Assembly (NCBI GenBank): GCA_963705165.1
Contig: CAVPJD010000003.1
Location: 1 to 49,077, forward strand
Direction: 5' to 3'
DNA from: an uncultured delta proteobacterium
GTDB lineage: Bacteria; Desulfobacterota; Syntrophia; Syntrophales; UBA2192
DNA: 49,077 bases
How positions within the stretch are numbered: the stretch's first letter is position 1; each line of letters opens with the position of its first letter. Both the position numbers and the translations under genes were made by a program. The notes beneath the pieces were generated by a model that did no database searches, was not told where the DNA came from, and saw only the letters and a list, made by a program, of their open reading frames with translations. This document shows, piece by piece, positions 10,464-20,180 of the stretch.

Positions 10464-11342
10464 TCACTTGCGGTTCGCTGCCGTGGGGGATCCTCCCCAT
10501 CCGAGCTTGGATCGGAGGATCTGCAGATAATCCCTCCTGGGGGAAACGATCAGGTTCGTCACACAGTCCGACTTGCAAACCGATATGGCATCGCCGGGTT
10601 TCAGGTTGTAGGTCACCTGCCCGTCGCAGCTCAGGATGGCCCCTGCCTCACGCGTCCAGAGCACAACCTTCAGGACTGCCGTCTCCGGCAGGATGACCGG
10701 CCGGTTCGTCAGCGTGTGGGGGCAGATGGGGTTGAGGATGATGGTGTTCAACACGGGAAAGACAATAGGCCCCCCCGCCGAGAGCGAATAGGCCGTAGAG
10801 CCCGTCGGTGTCGATATGATGAGGCCGTCGGCCCGATAGGTGGTCAGGTACTGGCCGTCAACGACGGTCTCCAGGTCCACCATGCGCGAGTAATTTCCGC
10901 GGTTGATGACCACGTCGTTCAGCACGGTACACTCAAAGTTCTCGCCCCGCTCATCGTGGACGGCGACATCGAGCATCATGCGCTGCTCCGTCCGGTAATC
11001 CCCCGCCAGCACCGCCTCCAGGGCGTCGAACATCTCGTTGAGGTTGATGACGGTCAGATAACCGAAGGTACCCATGTTGACGCCGAGAATGGGGACATCC
11101 GATTTCCGCATGAGCCGGGCAGCTTGCAGGAGCGTGCCATCCCCGCCCATGGTGACAACCAGGTCGGCAAGGGTGCCAATCTCATCGCCGTGATAGCCCC
11201 GGGCGCCGAGCTTGCCGGCCGCCTCCTTCTCCGGGAGGACCTCCAGGCCTTTGCCTTTCGCCCATTCGGAGAGACGGGCGATGCTCTCCACCACATGGCC
11301 CTTGCTCGCGTTTCCGACAACACCGATTTTCTTGATGCCCAT
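10464..11342 (-). CDS. nadK: NAD(+) kinase
   Basis: MGGDGTLL, GVNMGTFGYL, LNDVVI, DGLIISTPTGSTAYSLSAGGP, NPICPHTL. Likely start MGIKKIGVV at 11342. Usual nadK-recN order. Confidence 0.95.
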   Translation of the reverse strand: MGIKKIGVVGNASKGHVVESIARLSEWAKGKGLEVLPEKEAAGKLGARGYHGDEIGTLADLVVTMGGDGTLLQAARLMRKSDVPILGVNMGTFGYLTVINLNEMFDALEAVLAGDYRTEQRMMLDVAVHDERGENFECTVLNDVVINRGNYSRMVDLETVVDGQYLTTYRADGLIISTPTGSTAYSLSAGGPIVFPVLNTIILNPICPHTLTNRPVILPETAVLKVVLWTREAGAILSCDGQVTYNLKPGDAISVCKSDCVTNLIVSPRRDYLQILRSKLGWGGSPTAANRK

Positions 11343-11465
11343 CTGCCAGAACCCCTCAGAATTTCGGCAGAAAAGTAACATAAATCTAACTGACTGTCCA
11401 TCATGGATGTGCCCTCTCGGGCTGCGCCGATTTGCCTGGACGTAAGGCCTCACTCCGGTAAAGCT

Positions 11466-11544
11466 TCGAGGTACGAGGACCGAGGAACGAGGACCGACAA
11501 CTGCAAGAAATTCCTCGAACCTCGCGCCTCGATTCTCGATCCTG
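11466..11544. repeat. Heptamer inverted-repeat array (CGAGGAC-like followed by CCTCGAA-like)
   Basis: tcgaggt-acgagga-ccgagga-acgagga ... cctcgaa-cctcgcg-cctcgat-tctcgat. Confidence 0.7.
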
Positions 11545-11657
11545 CGCTGCACGGAGCTGGATCAAATAAGCATACGAAGCATCACCCTTCATAACATTTG
11601 AAGATTGACAAGAAGGCACCCCGTGCGCTACCGTGCCTGCCTTCAGGAGGAACACAC

Positions 11658-12785
11658 ATGGGACTGTTGAAAGGATCGCTCACCTTTTCGAGATATCGCG
11701 TCAAAGGGGATCTCCCCGCTGAATTCCGCCCCTTCTTCGACAAACAGATCAAGAAGTACGCCTTCCAGGAATTGACGGCCTCGGCAGAGGATCAGGCCTT
11801 CGGCTGGACGAGCCTGGAGAATCCTCTCGACACGCGCTTCGAAGGCGCCCGCTACAGTGCGGGGGATTTCTTCTATTTCGCCCTTCGTGTCGACAAAAAG
11901 TCCATCCCGCCGGCCCTGCTGCGGCTCAAATGCCTCGAGGAAGAGAGGAAATCCCTCAAGGACAGCGGCAAGAAGCGACTCTTCCGCGAGCAGACCAAGG
12001 AGATCAAGGAGCGCGTTTACCTCCACCTGCTGACAAGGGCCTATCCGATTCCGTCTTTCCATGACGTTCTGTGGGCCCCTTCGGGCGGCTGGCTCCTCGT
12101 CGGCTCCCACGCCGACAAGGTTTTCGAAATCTTCGAGGATCTCTTCAAAGTCTCCTTCAACCTGCGATTTGCCCCCTGCCTGCCCTGGGACCCCGAGTTT
12201 CTCGACAAGAAAACGGCCGACGCGATTGCGGCCCTGGAGGGGGGAAATTTCCTGGATCCAGGCAGGGGCGCAGGCGACAAGGCCGACCCGGCATTCCTGG
12301 CCCGGGAGTTCCTGACCTGGCTCTGGTTCAAATCGGAGGAGCGCGACGGGACGATTTCGATACCCGGCCAGACAGATGTGTCGCTCACCTTCGAGAAAAG
12401 GGTCGTCCTGGAGTCCGGCGAGGGAGAATATTCGGAGACCGTGGCCTGCCAGGGCCTTCATGCTGACCTGCGGGAAGGCAAGGCAGCGATCCGCGAAGGC
12501 AAAAAGGTGCGGGAGGCCCGGCTTCGCCTGGAGAAGGACAGCGAGCGATGGGAATTCACTCTAAAGGCCGACCGGTTTCAGTTCCAGTCGATGAAACTCC
12601 CTGCTACGGGCGGGTTCGATGAGGAAGACGAGGAAAAGGAAGGCGGCATCCTCGAGAGGGTCTATCTCGTGGAGACGGCCCTGAAGACCATGGACGAGCT
12701 ATTCGCCTTTTTCCTCAAGCGTCGCCTCTCACCCCAGTGGATGTCGGAGGAGATCCCGCGCATCAAGACGTGGCTGAAAGCTTAA
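11658..12785 (+). CDS. RdgC-like recombination-associated protein
   Basis: AGGAGG RBS then MGLLKGSLTFSRYRV; GWTS..NPLD, FALRVDKKSIP, and a C-terminal FLAREFLTWLWF...REGKKVREARLRL module typical of deltaproteobacterial RdgC-like proteins. Confidence 0.7.
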   Translation: MGLLKGSLTFSRYRVKGDLPAEFRPFFDKQIKKYAFQELTASAEDQAFGWTSLENPLDTRFEGARYSAGDFFYFALRVDKKSIPPALLRLKCLEEERKSLKDSGKKRLFREQTKEIKERVYLHLLTRAYPIPSFHDVLWAPSGGWLLVGSHADKVFEIFEDLFKVSFNLRFAPCLPWDPEFLDKKTADAIAALEGGNFLDPGRGAGDKADPAFLAREFLTWLWFKSEERDGTISIPGQTDVSLTFEKRVVLESGEGEYSETVACQGLHADLREGKAAIREGKKVREARLRLEKDSERWEFTLKADRFQFQSMKLPATGGFDEEDEEKEGGILERVYLVETALKTMDELFAFFLKRRLSPQWMSEEIPRIKTWLKA

Positions 12786-12802
12786 TCGGCCCTTGGCCGA
12801 TC

Positions 12803-12924
12803 AAGGTGACAGGTATCAGGTGTCAGGTGTTAGGTACCGGGATAGGTCAAGCAGGGAAATCCTGTTACCTGTTACCTGTTACCTGTTACCTTTCCTCATT
12901 CACTAGTCACTAGTCACGAATCAC
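12803..12924. repeat. Heptamer inverted-repeat array (CAGGTRT-like x4-5, then CCTGTTA x4, then TCACTAG-like x3) between convergent genes
   Basis: aaggtga-caggtat-caggtgt-caggtgt-taggtac ... (cctgtta)x4 at 12861-12888; closely similar to 47391-47477. Confidence 0.85.
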
Positions 12925-13970
12925 TTGACGAGCTCTTTCAGAGCGTCGATCAGCACCTGATTCTGTCCCTCCGTCCCTACGGTGATGCGCATCTTGTCGT
13001 CGAGCCTCGGACGGTCCCAGTAGCGCACCAGGATCCCCCTGTCTCTCAATTCGTAATAAAGGTATCGGGCATCGCCCCTGGACGGGCTGGCCATGATGAA
13101 ATTGGCCTGTGAGGGCCATAGCCTGAATTTCATCTGCTCCAGCGCAATGGCAAGTTTTGCCCTCGATGCTTTTATTCTCCCGGCATTGGCTTTCATCCAT
13201 TCCTGGTCGTTCATGGCGGCAGCCGCGAGCCTGAGCGCCACGGAGTCTACATTGTAGCTGTCCTTGATCTTGATGAGCCCTTCCAGCAGCCTGGGCTGCG
13301 CCACGCCGAAGCCCACGCGAAGCCCCGCCAGGGAGTATGCCTTTGAGAGCGTCCTCAATACGATGACATTCTCATACCGGGAGACCAGGCCGAGCGCATT
13401 CTCGTCGGCAAAATCCGTATAGGCCTCATCGATGACCAGAACCCCATTGAGGCCTGCGGCAAGCCTTTCCAGATCTTTCACGGGGGCTACCGTCGCCGAA
13501 GGGTTGTTCGGTGTGCAGATGAAGGTGAGATCCGCCTGGGCCGCCAGCAGCCCTTCCACGGGCAGGTTGTATTCCTCGTCGTAGGGGACTTCCACGGTCG
13601 CAGCGTCCTGCATCTCGGCCATCGTGACGTAGAGCGAATAGGTGGGCATGGGATAAGCGATCCTGCGGCCCGGTTCCAGGAAAGCCCGGGCCAGGAGCGC
13701 AAGCATCTCGTCGCTTCCGTTTGCCGCCATGATCCAATCCGCAGGAACACCATAAACCTGCGAGGCAGCCTCCCGGGCCATCGTCGCCATCGGATCGGGG
13801 TAGCGCCGAAGCCACTCCCCTTCGAATTCCTTCAGGACCTTCATGACCTCCGGCGAGGGCGGATAGGGGTTCTCGTTGGTGTTGAGCTTGATGACCCTCG
13901 AGCCCGGCGAGGGCTGCTCCCCCGGCACATAGCCTGTCATTTTTTTTACGTTGTCCCGAAAATTGATCAT
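12921..13970 (-). CDS. hisC: Histidinol-phosphate aminotransferase
   Basis: YVPGEQP, IKLNTNENPYPPSP, RRYPDP, NGSDE, PNNPS, IDEAYTDF, RTLSKAYSLAGLRVG. Confidence 0.95.
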   Translation of the reverse strand: MINFRDNVKKMTGYVPGEQPSPGSRVIKLNTNENPYPPSPEVMKVLKEFEGEWLRRYPDPMATMAREAASQVYGVPADWIMAANGSDEMLALLARAFLEPGRRIAYPMPTYSLYVTMAEMQDAATVEVPYDEEYNLPVEGLLAAQADLTFICTPNNPSATVAPVKDLERLAAGLNGVLVIDEAYTDFADENALGLVSRYENVIVLRTLSKAYSLAGLRVGFGVAQPRLLEGLIKIKDSYNVDSVALRLAAAAMNDQEWMKANAGRIKASRAKLAIALEQMKFRLWPSQANFIMASPSRGDARYLYYELRDRGILVRYWDRPRLDDKMRITVGTEGQNQVLIDALKELVK

Positions 13971-13985
13971 GCAGACTCCGAAGCA

Positions 13986-14063
13986 GTGTCACGTGTTATG
14001 TGTCATGTGAAGATGTGAACAGGGTATTTCCCCTATACCCTATACCCTATACCCTATACCCTA
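13986..14063. repeat. Heptamer tandem repeats (TGTCAYG-like; CCCTATA x4)
   Basis: gtgtcac-gtgttat-gtgtcat-gtgaagat and (ccctata)x4 at 14031-14058, abutting the radical SAM stop codon. Confidence 0.8.
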
Positions 14064-15005
14064 GTCCCTGCCCGCGAAGCGGGTGCCCTGCCACGTATCC
14101 CTTTTTTCGAGTTCCCTGTCAATGGCGTTGAGCACCCGCAGCTTGTTCGCCGCCCAGTCCGGGCCGAGGTAGATGTCCCGGTAGCCCTCCGCCGTGAGCC
14201 TCTGGATCACCATCGCCGGGGGCAGGACTTCCAGGATATCGCAGACGGTGGCAACGTAGTCGCCCAACCCCGGAAGCGTGATGGCTCCCTCATCATAGAG
14301 TCGCCCTACTTCCGTCCCGCGCAGCGCGAGCAGGGAATGGATCTTGATGCCGTCGATGGGGAGAGCTGCCACGGCCCTGGCGGTCTCCAGGACATCCTCA
14401 CGCGTCTCGCCGGGCAGGCCCACGATGATGTGCGTGCAGATGAAGAGTCCCCTGTCAGCCGTATTCCGGACGGCCTCGATGAAGGCAGCAGCATCGTGAC
14501 CGCGATTCATCCGCTCCAGCGTCCGGTCATGAATGGATTGCAGCCCATACTCGATCCAGACGTGCGACCTCTTCGCGTAATCCTGCAGTAGATTCAGAAT
14601 CTCCTCGTCGATGCAGTCGGGTCTCGTGCCGATGGAAAGCCCGATGACATCTTCCTGCAGGATCGCTTCGTCGTAGAGCGCCTTGAGCTTCTCGACGGGG
14701 CCGTAGGTGTTCGTAAACGTCTGGAAGTAGGCGATGAACTTCCCCGCGCCCCGGAGATTTCGGTAGAGGCCCTTTCCGGATCGAATCTGCTCTGCCACCG
14801 AAGGCAGCGGCCCTTTCTGCCTCAGACTCGATCCGCGGCCGTCACAGTACGCACAGCCGCCCGCGGCGACCTTCCCGTCGCGGTTCGGGCAGCTGAACCC
14901 CGCATCGATCTGGAGCTTGTGGACCTTGCACCCGAATCGATTGACGAGGAAGCTTTTGAAATCGTAGTAGCGTTTGCGGTTGTTCCAGAAGTCAGGCTTT
15001 GGCAT
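14061..15005 (-). CDS. TIGR01212-family radical SAM protein (YhcC/YtqA-like)
   Basis: KVHKLQIDAGFSCPNRDG...GGCAYC (atypical CX11CX2C), AYFQTFTNTY, GLSIGTRPDC, EYGLQSIHDRTL..MNRGH, HIIVGLPGE, DGIKIHSL, QRLTAE. Start MPKPDFW at 15005. Confidence 0.92.
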   Translation of the reverse strand: MPKPDFWNNRKRYYDFKSFLVNRFGCKVHKLQIDAGFSCPNRDGKVAAGGCAYCDGRGSSLRQKGPLPSVAEQIRSGKGLYRNLRGAGKFIAYFQTFTNTYGPVEKLKALYDEAILQEDVIGLSIGTRPDCIDEEILNLLQDYAKRSHVWIEYGLQSIHDRTLERMNRGHDAAAFIEAVRNTADRGLFICTHIIVGLPGETREDVLETARAVAALPIDGIKIHSLLALRGTEVGRLYDEGAITLPGLGDYVATVCDILEVLPPAMVIQRLTAEGYRDIYLGPDWAANKLRVLNAIDRELEKRDTWQGTRFAGRD

Positions 15006-15158
15006 AGAAGGACAAATCGGTTGTATTTTTGAGGCGATGTTATAGAATCGCCTATGCAAAAGCAAGGGCGATCGTGACTCATCATTCGTCCCTACACCCT
15101 GGTCCCTCGTCCCTTGCACACGTGAGTACACCTGAGCGAACATGGGTGGCCAACAGGT

Positions 15159-17060
15159 ATGTCGAAGCTTTATGACGTAATCGTGGTGGGCGGGGGACAC
15201 GCCGGGTGCGAGGCGGCTCTTGCCGCCGCGCGCATGGGTTGCGAAACTCTTCTCTTCAACATTAATCTCGACTCCATCGCCCTCATGTCGTGCAACCCTG
15301 CCATCGGGGGGCTTGCCAAAGCGCAACTCGTCAAGGAGATCGACGCCCTGGGCGGCGAGATGGGCAAGATCGCCGACCGGACGGCTGTCCACTTCCGTCT
15401 CCTGAACTCCTCGAAGGGACCTGCCGTCCAGTCCTCCCGCGTCCAGTGCGACAAGCAGCTCTACCGCCTGGCCATGAAGGCCGTCGTGGAGCATCAGAAG
15501 AACCTGCAGCTCCGACAGGGCCTCGTGGACCGCATCGCCGTCGAGGGCGGCAGGGTCACCGGTGTCGTGGACAGCACGGGCTTCTTCTATCCTGGAAAGT
15601 CCGTTGTCATTACCACGGGCACTTTTCTCAACGGGCTCATCCACATTGGAACCTTCCGGACTCCTGCCGGGCGAGCCGGCGAGATCGCCTCCGTCGATCT
15701 GGCCGAATCGCTGCGCGGGTTGAGCTTCGAAATGGGCCGGATGAAGACGGGGACCCCGCCGCGGCTCAAGGCCTCCTCCATCGATTTCAACCGGCTCGAG
15801 CGCCAGGACAGCGACCCCTGCCCTGAGCCCTTCTCCTACACGACTGCAACGCTCCGGGAGGAGCGCCTGCCCTCCTTCTTTTCACATACGACGGATGAGA
15901 CGCACCGCCTGATCCGCGAAAACATCCACCTGTCGCCACTGTACTCGGGGACCATCCAGGGAATCAGCGCCCGATACTGCCCGTCACTGGAGGACAAGGT
16001 GGTGCGCTTCTCCGACAAGGGCCGCCACCCCGTTACGTTGGAGTTCGAAGGGCTTGACACGGAAGAGGTCTACGCCAAGGGGCTCGGCAACTGTCTCCCT
16101 CTCGAGTTGCAGGAGCAGATCGTTCACAGCGTCCCCGGGCTGGAGAAGGCCGAGATCATGCGACCGGCCTACGCCATCGAGTACGATTACGTCCAGCCGA
16201 CAGAACTCAGGCAGACCCTGGAGACGAAACGCGTTGAGGGGCTTTTCCTCGCCGGACAGATCAACGGCACCTCCGGCTACGAAGAGGCCGCTGCCCAGGG
16301 ACTCTGGGCGGGGATCAACGCCGCCCTTCAGGTCCAGGGGCGTCCCCCCTTCGTTCTGGAACGATCCGAGGCCTATATGGCCGTCATGGTCGACGACCTC
16401 GTGACACGAGGCGTCGACGAGCCCTACCGGATGTTCACCTCCCGCGCGGAATACCGCCTCTTGCTCCGGGAGGACAACGCCACGATCCGTCTCATGGGCA
16501 AGGGCCACGAGATCGGGCTCGTGCCGGACGAGCATTACAGGGAGCTGCAGGACAGGGTCCGGCAGATCCAAGAGGGGATCCTGCATCTGTCCTCGAAGAG
16601 GATCTACCCCACGAGCCAGACCAATGCAGTCCTGGCGGACCGGGAATCGCAGCCAATCCGCAAGCCCCTGACTCTTTACGATCTTCTCAAGCGGCCCGAT
16701 ATGAAATATGATGATCTCAGGGTCTTCGATGCGGAGTTGCCGACCGTCGGGAAGCCCGTGAAGAAGCAGATCGAGATCGAGGCCCGCTATGAGGAGTACA
16801 TCCGGCGCCAGAACGAGACCGTCGGGAAGTTCCGCGAGATGGAGCGGAAAAAGATCCCCTCCGACATCGACTATTCCGGGATCCCCGGCCTCTCCAACGA
16901 GCTCAAAGGCAAGCTCGACGCGATCCGGCCGGCCAGTTTCGGCCAGGCCCAGCGTATTCCCGGGATGACCCAGGCGGCCCTGGCTGCGATACTGGTCACC
17001 TTAAAGAAGAGGGAGATGGAATCGACTGCTTCCGATCAAGCATCCTCGTTGTCGAAATAG
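15159..17060 (+). CDS. mnmG: tRNA uridine-34 5-carboxymethylaminomethyl modification enzyme MnmG (GidA)
   Basis: [78 protein letters not shown]. Confidence 0.98.
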   Translation: MSKLYDVIVVGGGHAGCEAALAAARMGCETLLFNINLDSIALMSCNPAIGGLAKAQLVKEIDALGGEMGKIADRTAVHFRLLNSSKGPAVQSSRVQCDKQLYRLAMKAVVEHQKNLQLRQGLVDRIAVEGGRVTGVVDSTGFFYPGKSVVITTGTFLNGLIHIGTFRTPAGRAGEIASVDLAESLRGLSFEMGRMKTGTPPRLKASSIDFNRLERQDSDPCPEPFSYTTATLREERLPSFFSHTTDETHRLIRENIHLSPLYSGTIQGISARYCPSLEDKVVRFSDKGRHPVTLEFEGLDTEEVYAKGLGNCLPLELQEQIVHSVPGLEKAEIMRPAYAIEYDYVQPTELRQTLETKRVEGLFLAGQINGTSGYEEAAAQGLWAGINAALQVQGRPPFVLERSEAYMAVMVDDLVTRGVDEPYRMFTSRAEYRLLLREDNATIRLMGKGHEIGLVPDEHYRELQDRVRQIQEGILHLSSKRIYPTSQTNAVLADRESQPIRKPLTLYDLLKRPDMKYDDLRVFDAELPTVGKPVKKQIEIEARYEEYIRRQNETVGKFREMERKKIPSDIDYSGIPGLSNELKGKLDAIRPASFGQAQRIPGMTQAALAAILVTLKKREMESTASDQASSLSK

Positions 17061-17093
17061 TGATGCGGGCAACGCAAGAAAAGGAGGGCCGCG

Positions 17094-17942
17094 ATGCGCT
17101 GGCAAGACGAAGAAAGAAGCGACAATGTGGAAGACCGGCGAGGGATGCCCGTCTCACGAGGCATGATGGGCGGCGGGATTGGTACGGTGATCCTGGTGCT
17201 CGTGGCGCTCTATTTCGGCATCGACCCCTCCGTGATCCTGCAATCCGTTCCCGAGAGCGGGCCGCCCCCTGTGACGCAACAGCAGCAGAAGCCCGGGGCA
17301 GATCCCATGAGCCAATTCGTTTCGGTTGTCCTGGCCGACACGGAAAAGACGTGGCACGGCATATTTCGCAGTTACGGGAAAACCTATGAAGAGCCGAAGC
17401 TCGTCCTTTTCACCGGGGCCGTCCAGTCCGCCTGCGGTTTCGCCCAGGCGGCCATGGGGCCCTTCTACTGCCCCGAGGATCACAAGGTCTACATCGACCT
17501 GGATTTTTACGAGGACCTGAAAACCCGCTTCAAGGCACCCGGCGATTTCGCCCAGGCCTACGTGATCGCCCACGAAGTGGGCCATCACGTACAGAATCTG
17601 CTGGGAATCACCGGGAAGGTCCAGGGGGCCATGCAGCGCGTCAGCAAGGCCGAGGCCAACCGCCTCTCCGTGAGGATGGAGCTTCAGGCCGACTGCCTCG
17701 CCGGCGTCTGGGGATTCCATGCCGATAAATCCCGCAAGATCCTGGAGGCGGGTGACCTGGAGGAGGCCCTGCGTGCCGCCAGCGCCATCGGCGATGACCG
17801 GATCATGAAGCAGACCCGCGGCACGGTTGTCCCCGATGCGTTCACCCACGGCACCTCGGAGCAGAGGGTGCGCTGGTTCAGGCAAGGCTTCGAGACGGGC
17901 GATCTGAACCGGTGCGACACCTTCAAGGCCCAGCCTCTGTAG
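17094..17942 (+). CDS. ypfJ: YpfJ-family predicted neutral zinc metallopeptidase
   Basis: MRWQDEERSDNVEDRRG, SACG.A.AAMGPFYCP.D, GDFAQAYVIAHEVGHHVQ (HExxH), ELQADCLAG, FTHGTSEQR. Confidence 0.9.
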   Translation: MRWQDEERSDNVEDRRGMPVSRGMMGGGIGTVILVLVALYFGIDPSVILQSVPESGPPPVTQQQQKPGADPMSQFVSVVLADTEKTWHGIFRSYGKTYEEPKLVLFTGAVQSACGFAQAAMGPFYCPEDHKVYIDLDFYEDLKTRFKAPGDFAQAYVIAHEVGHHVQNLLGITGKVQGAMQRVSKAEANRLSVRMELQADCLAGVWGFHADKSRKILEAGDLEEALRAASAIGDDRIMKQTRGTVVPDAFTHGTSEQRVRWFRQGFETGDLNRCDTFKAQPL

Positions 17943-17963
17943 ACCCCGCGACGGCGCATCCAT

Positions 17964-17994
17964 AAAAAAGGCAGGGTTTTCGCCCTGCCTTTTT
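17964..17994. terminator. Bidirectional intrinsic terminator between ypfJ and the MCP gene
   Basis: aaaaaaggcaggg-ttttcg-ccctgccttttt hairpin with A and T tails. Confidence 0.85.
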
Positions 17995-18056
17995 CATTTC
18001 GAAACGTCCATCGGATGTCCGCGGGCGGCAAACCGCACCGCAGCGGACTTGCTTTC

Positions 18057-19661
18057 TCAGAACTTCCCGGACTCCTGCAGGGGGATGACGGTTTCGGGAT
18101 GCCGGCACGTGAAATCACCCTGCGTTGACGCCTGTTCGATTCCCCTGCCCCGCTTGCCGGGTCCGCTCGCGGATGCCTTTTGTACATTCTCAACCCGGAA
18201 CATCGACATGACCGAAGACAGTTCCTCCGCATTGGCCGCGTTTTGCTGCGTCACTTGATTCATGTCCGCAACGGCACTGTTGATCTGGTGAATCCCGTCG
18301 GATTGCTCCTTCGATGCCGCTGCGATCTCCTCCATCAATTCCTGCACCTTCCTGGAGCTGCCGATCACACTGCCGAAGGCCTCGTTGGTCACCGTGACGA
18401 GCTTCTCCCCGCCGCGGACCTTGTTGACGATGTCCTGAATGAGGTTTGCAGTGTCTTTGGCCGAATCCGTAGCCCTCAGCGCCAGGTTGCGCACTTCGTC
18501 GGCCACCACGGCAAAACCCGCACCGGCCTCACCGGCTCGCGCCGCTTCGACGGCTGCATTGAGAGCCAGCAGATTCGTCTGGAACGCCACCTCATCGATA
18601 TTTTTGACGATTTTCTGCGTCTGCTCGCTCGCCCTGGCGATCTCCGTCATGGATCGCGTCAGCTCCGTCATGGCGTTGTTGGCCTTTTCGATGGCCTCCC
18701 GGACCGATATCATGAGGTGGTTTGCCGCCGTGGTATTTTCCGCATTCTGCTTCGTCATGGAGGACATCTCGTCCAGGGATGCCGAAGTCTCCTCGATGGA
18801 GGCAGCCTGCTGCGACGACGAATCGGAGAGGACGCTGGAAATGGCCATGGACTGCCCTACCGCTTCCCCCATCTTCTTGCGCATGGCGTTGACCGATGCG
18901 GCCAGCTCGCCGATTTCATCCTTCGAAAGTACCAGGATGTCCTGGGTCAGATCCCCCTCGGCAACCTTCTTGATGACCTCCACCGATTCCTTCACCGGCC
19001 TCGTGATCAGCCGGGCCATGATCAGGTTGATGGCGATGGCCGAGATGATCACCACGACGAGAACTACGGCAAAGACGCTCATCAGCTGGTTGGAATTCTT
19101 GATGGAGCTCTCGTAATTATCCTTGCTCAGCCGGTTCTCCAGGGCCATGAGGTCCGACAGGGTCTTGCTGAGCGCCTGATACTTTTCGTCGGTGATCGTC
19201 ATGAACAGGGCGGCCCCGTTCACATCCGCAGCGGCGATGTCGAGCAGGCCTGTTGCCGGTTCCTGATACGCCTTGAGCTGCGCCAGTGTGGCCTCGTAGA
19301 GCTTCTTCTCCTCCGGGGTGGTCTGAGCGCCCTTCTGAAGATTCTGCACGAAGGCGATGCTCTTCTCGATGGAGGTTTTCTGCTCTTTTCCCAGGGCGTC
19401 CACCTTGGCGGCCTCGTAATTCGCGCCGGCCCAGCTGACCACCTTGTAGAGATTTGCATGGACGTTTGCGATCGTGCGGCTGATCTCGGAGCTGTTCTGA
19501 TATCCCTGGAAGCGGTTGTTGTAGAGGTCGTCCATGGCCTCTTTCTGGGTGGACATGCCATGATAGGTGCCGCCGGCCAGGAGCAGAAGGAACAGGGAAA
19601 CCGCGACGGGGCCGATCAGGAGTTTTTTTGCCAGCTTGAGGTTGCGAAGGATCTTGTTCAT
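18057..19661 (-). CDS. Methyl-accepting chemotaxis protein (two TM helices, helical periplasmic sensor, HAMP, signalling domain)
   Basis: [40 protein letters not shown] hairpin tip; [13 protein letters not shown] motif; two hydrophobic segments. Confidence 0.95.
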   Translation of the reverse strand: MNKILRNLKLAKKLLIGPVAVSLFLLLLAGGTYHGMSTQKEAMDDLYNNRFQGYQNSSEISRTIANVHANLYKVVSWAGANYEAAKVDALGKEQKTSIEKSIAFVQNLQKGAQTTPEEKKLYEATLAQLKAYQEPATGLLDIAAADVNGAALFMTITDEKYQALSKTLSDLMALENRLSKDNYESSIKNSNQLMSVFAVVLVVVIISAIAINLIMARLITRPVKESVEVIKKVAEGDLTQDILVLSKDEIGELAASVNAMRKKMGEAVGQSMAISSVLSDSSSQQAASIEETSASLDEMSSMTKQNAENTTAANHLMISVREAIEKANNAMTELTRSMTEIARASEQTQKIVKNIDEVAFQTNLLALNAAVEAARAGEAGAGFAVVADEVRNLALRATDSAKDTANLIQDIVNKVRGGEKLVTVTNEAFGSVIGSSRKVQELMEEIAAASKEQSDGIHQINSAVADMNQVTQQNAANAEELSSVMSMFRVENVQKASASGPGKRGRGIEQASTQGDFTCRHPETVIPLQESGKF

Positions 19662-19730
19662 GTTCCCGTCCCCTTTGGTGATGCATGGGCCGGACGGGTT
19701 GTCCCCCGTCCGGCCCTTATGTTCCCTGGA

Positions 19731-20180
19731 TTACTTATAGGCGCCGCAGGCGATGATCACGTCGCCCACCTTCTGGTAGAACACCGTTTTGGTCTCGACC
19801 TTCTTGGTCGAGGGTTTCGTCCACTTGTAATCGATCGATCCGCTGGGCGAGGTCTTCGCCTTGTCGACCAGCTCCTTCATGAACTGCTTGCCGTCCGAGT
19901 CCTTCAGGTCGATGAGCGTCTTGCCGATGAGCGCAGGGTTCGCCCCGTGGGATATGACCTTCGCGTTCATGTCCGACACATAGATGTAGATGTCGCGGTC
20001 CACGAACTTGCCCTTGGTGTCATCGAAGGCCGCGAATGCCTTGGCCTGGCCGTTTGCCTTGTAGAATGCAACAGCCTTCGCCAGCATCGCCTGCGCATCC
20101 TTGACTGTTCCCTCGGACTGAGCGAATGCAAAGCCTGCAGTCAACGCAACGATCAACAGCACGATCCATACTTTCTTCAT
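19731..20180 (-). CDS. Stand-alone secreted single-Cache-domain protein
   Basis: AGGAGG RBS, signal peptide MKKVWIVLLIVALTAGFAFA, GKFVDRDIYIYV, HGANPALIGK.L.DLKDSDGK.F, GSIDYKW. Confidence 0.85.
   Translation of the reverse strand: MKKVWIVLLIVALTAGFAFAQSEGTVKDAQAMLAKAVAFYKANGQAKAFAAFDDTKGKFVDRDIYIYVSDMNAKVISHGANPALIGKTLIDLKDSDGKQFMKELVDKAKTSPSGSIDYKWTKPSTKKVETKTVFYQKVGDVIIACGAYK

Noticed and set aside
12861..12890. CRISPR array suggested by repeated units
   Set aside because: Units are 7 bp, directly tandem, with no spacers and no cas genes.
15006..15644. N-terminal extension of the radical SAM ORF (527-aa call)
   Set aside because: It overlaps mnmG on the opposite strand; family similarity begins at MPKPDFW (15005).
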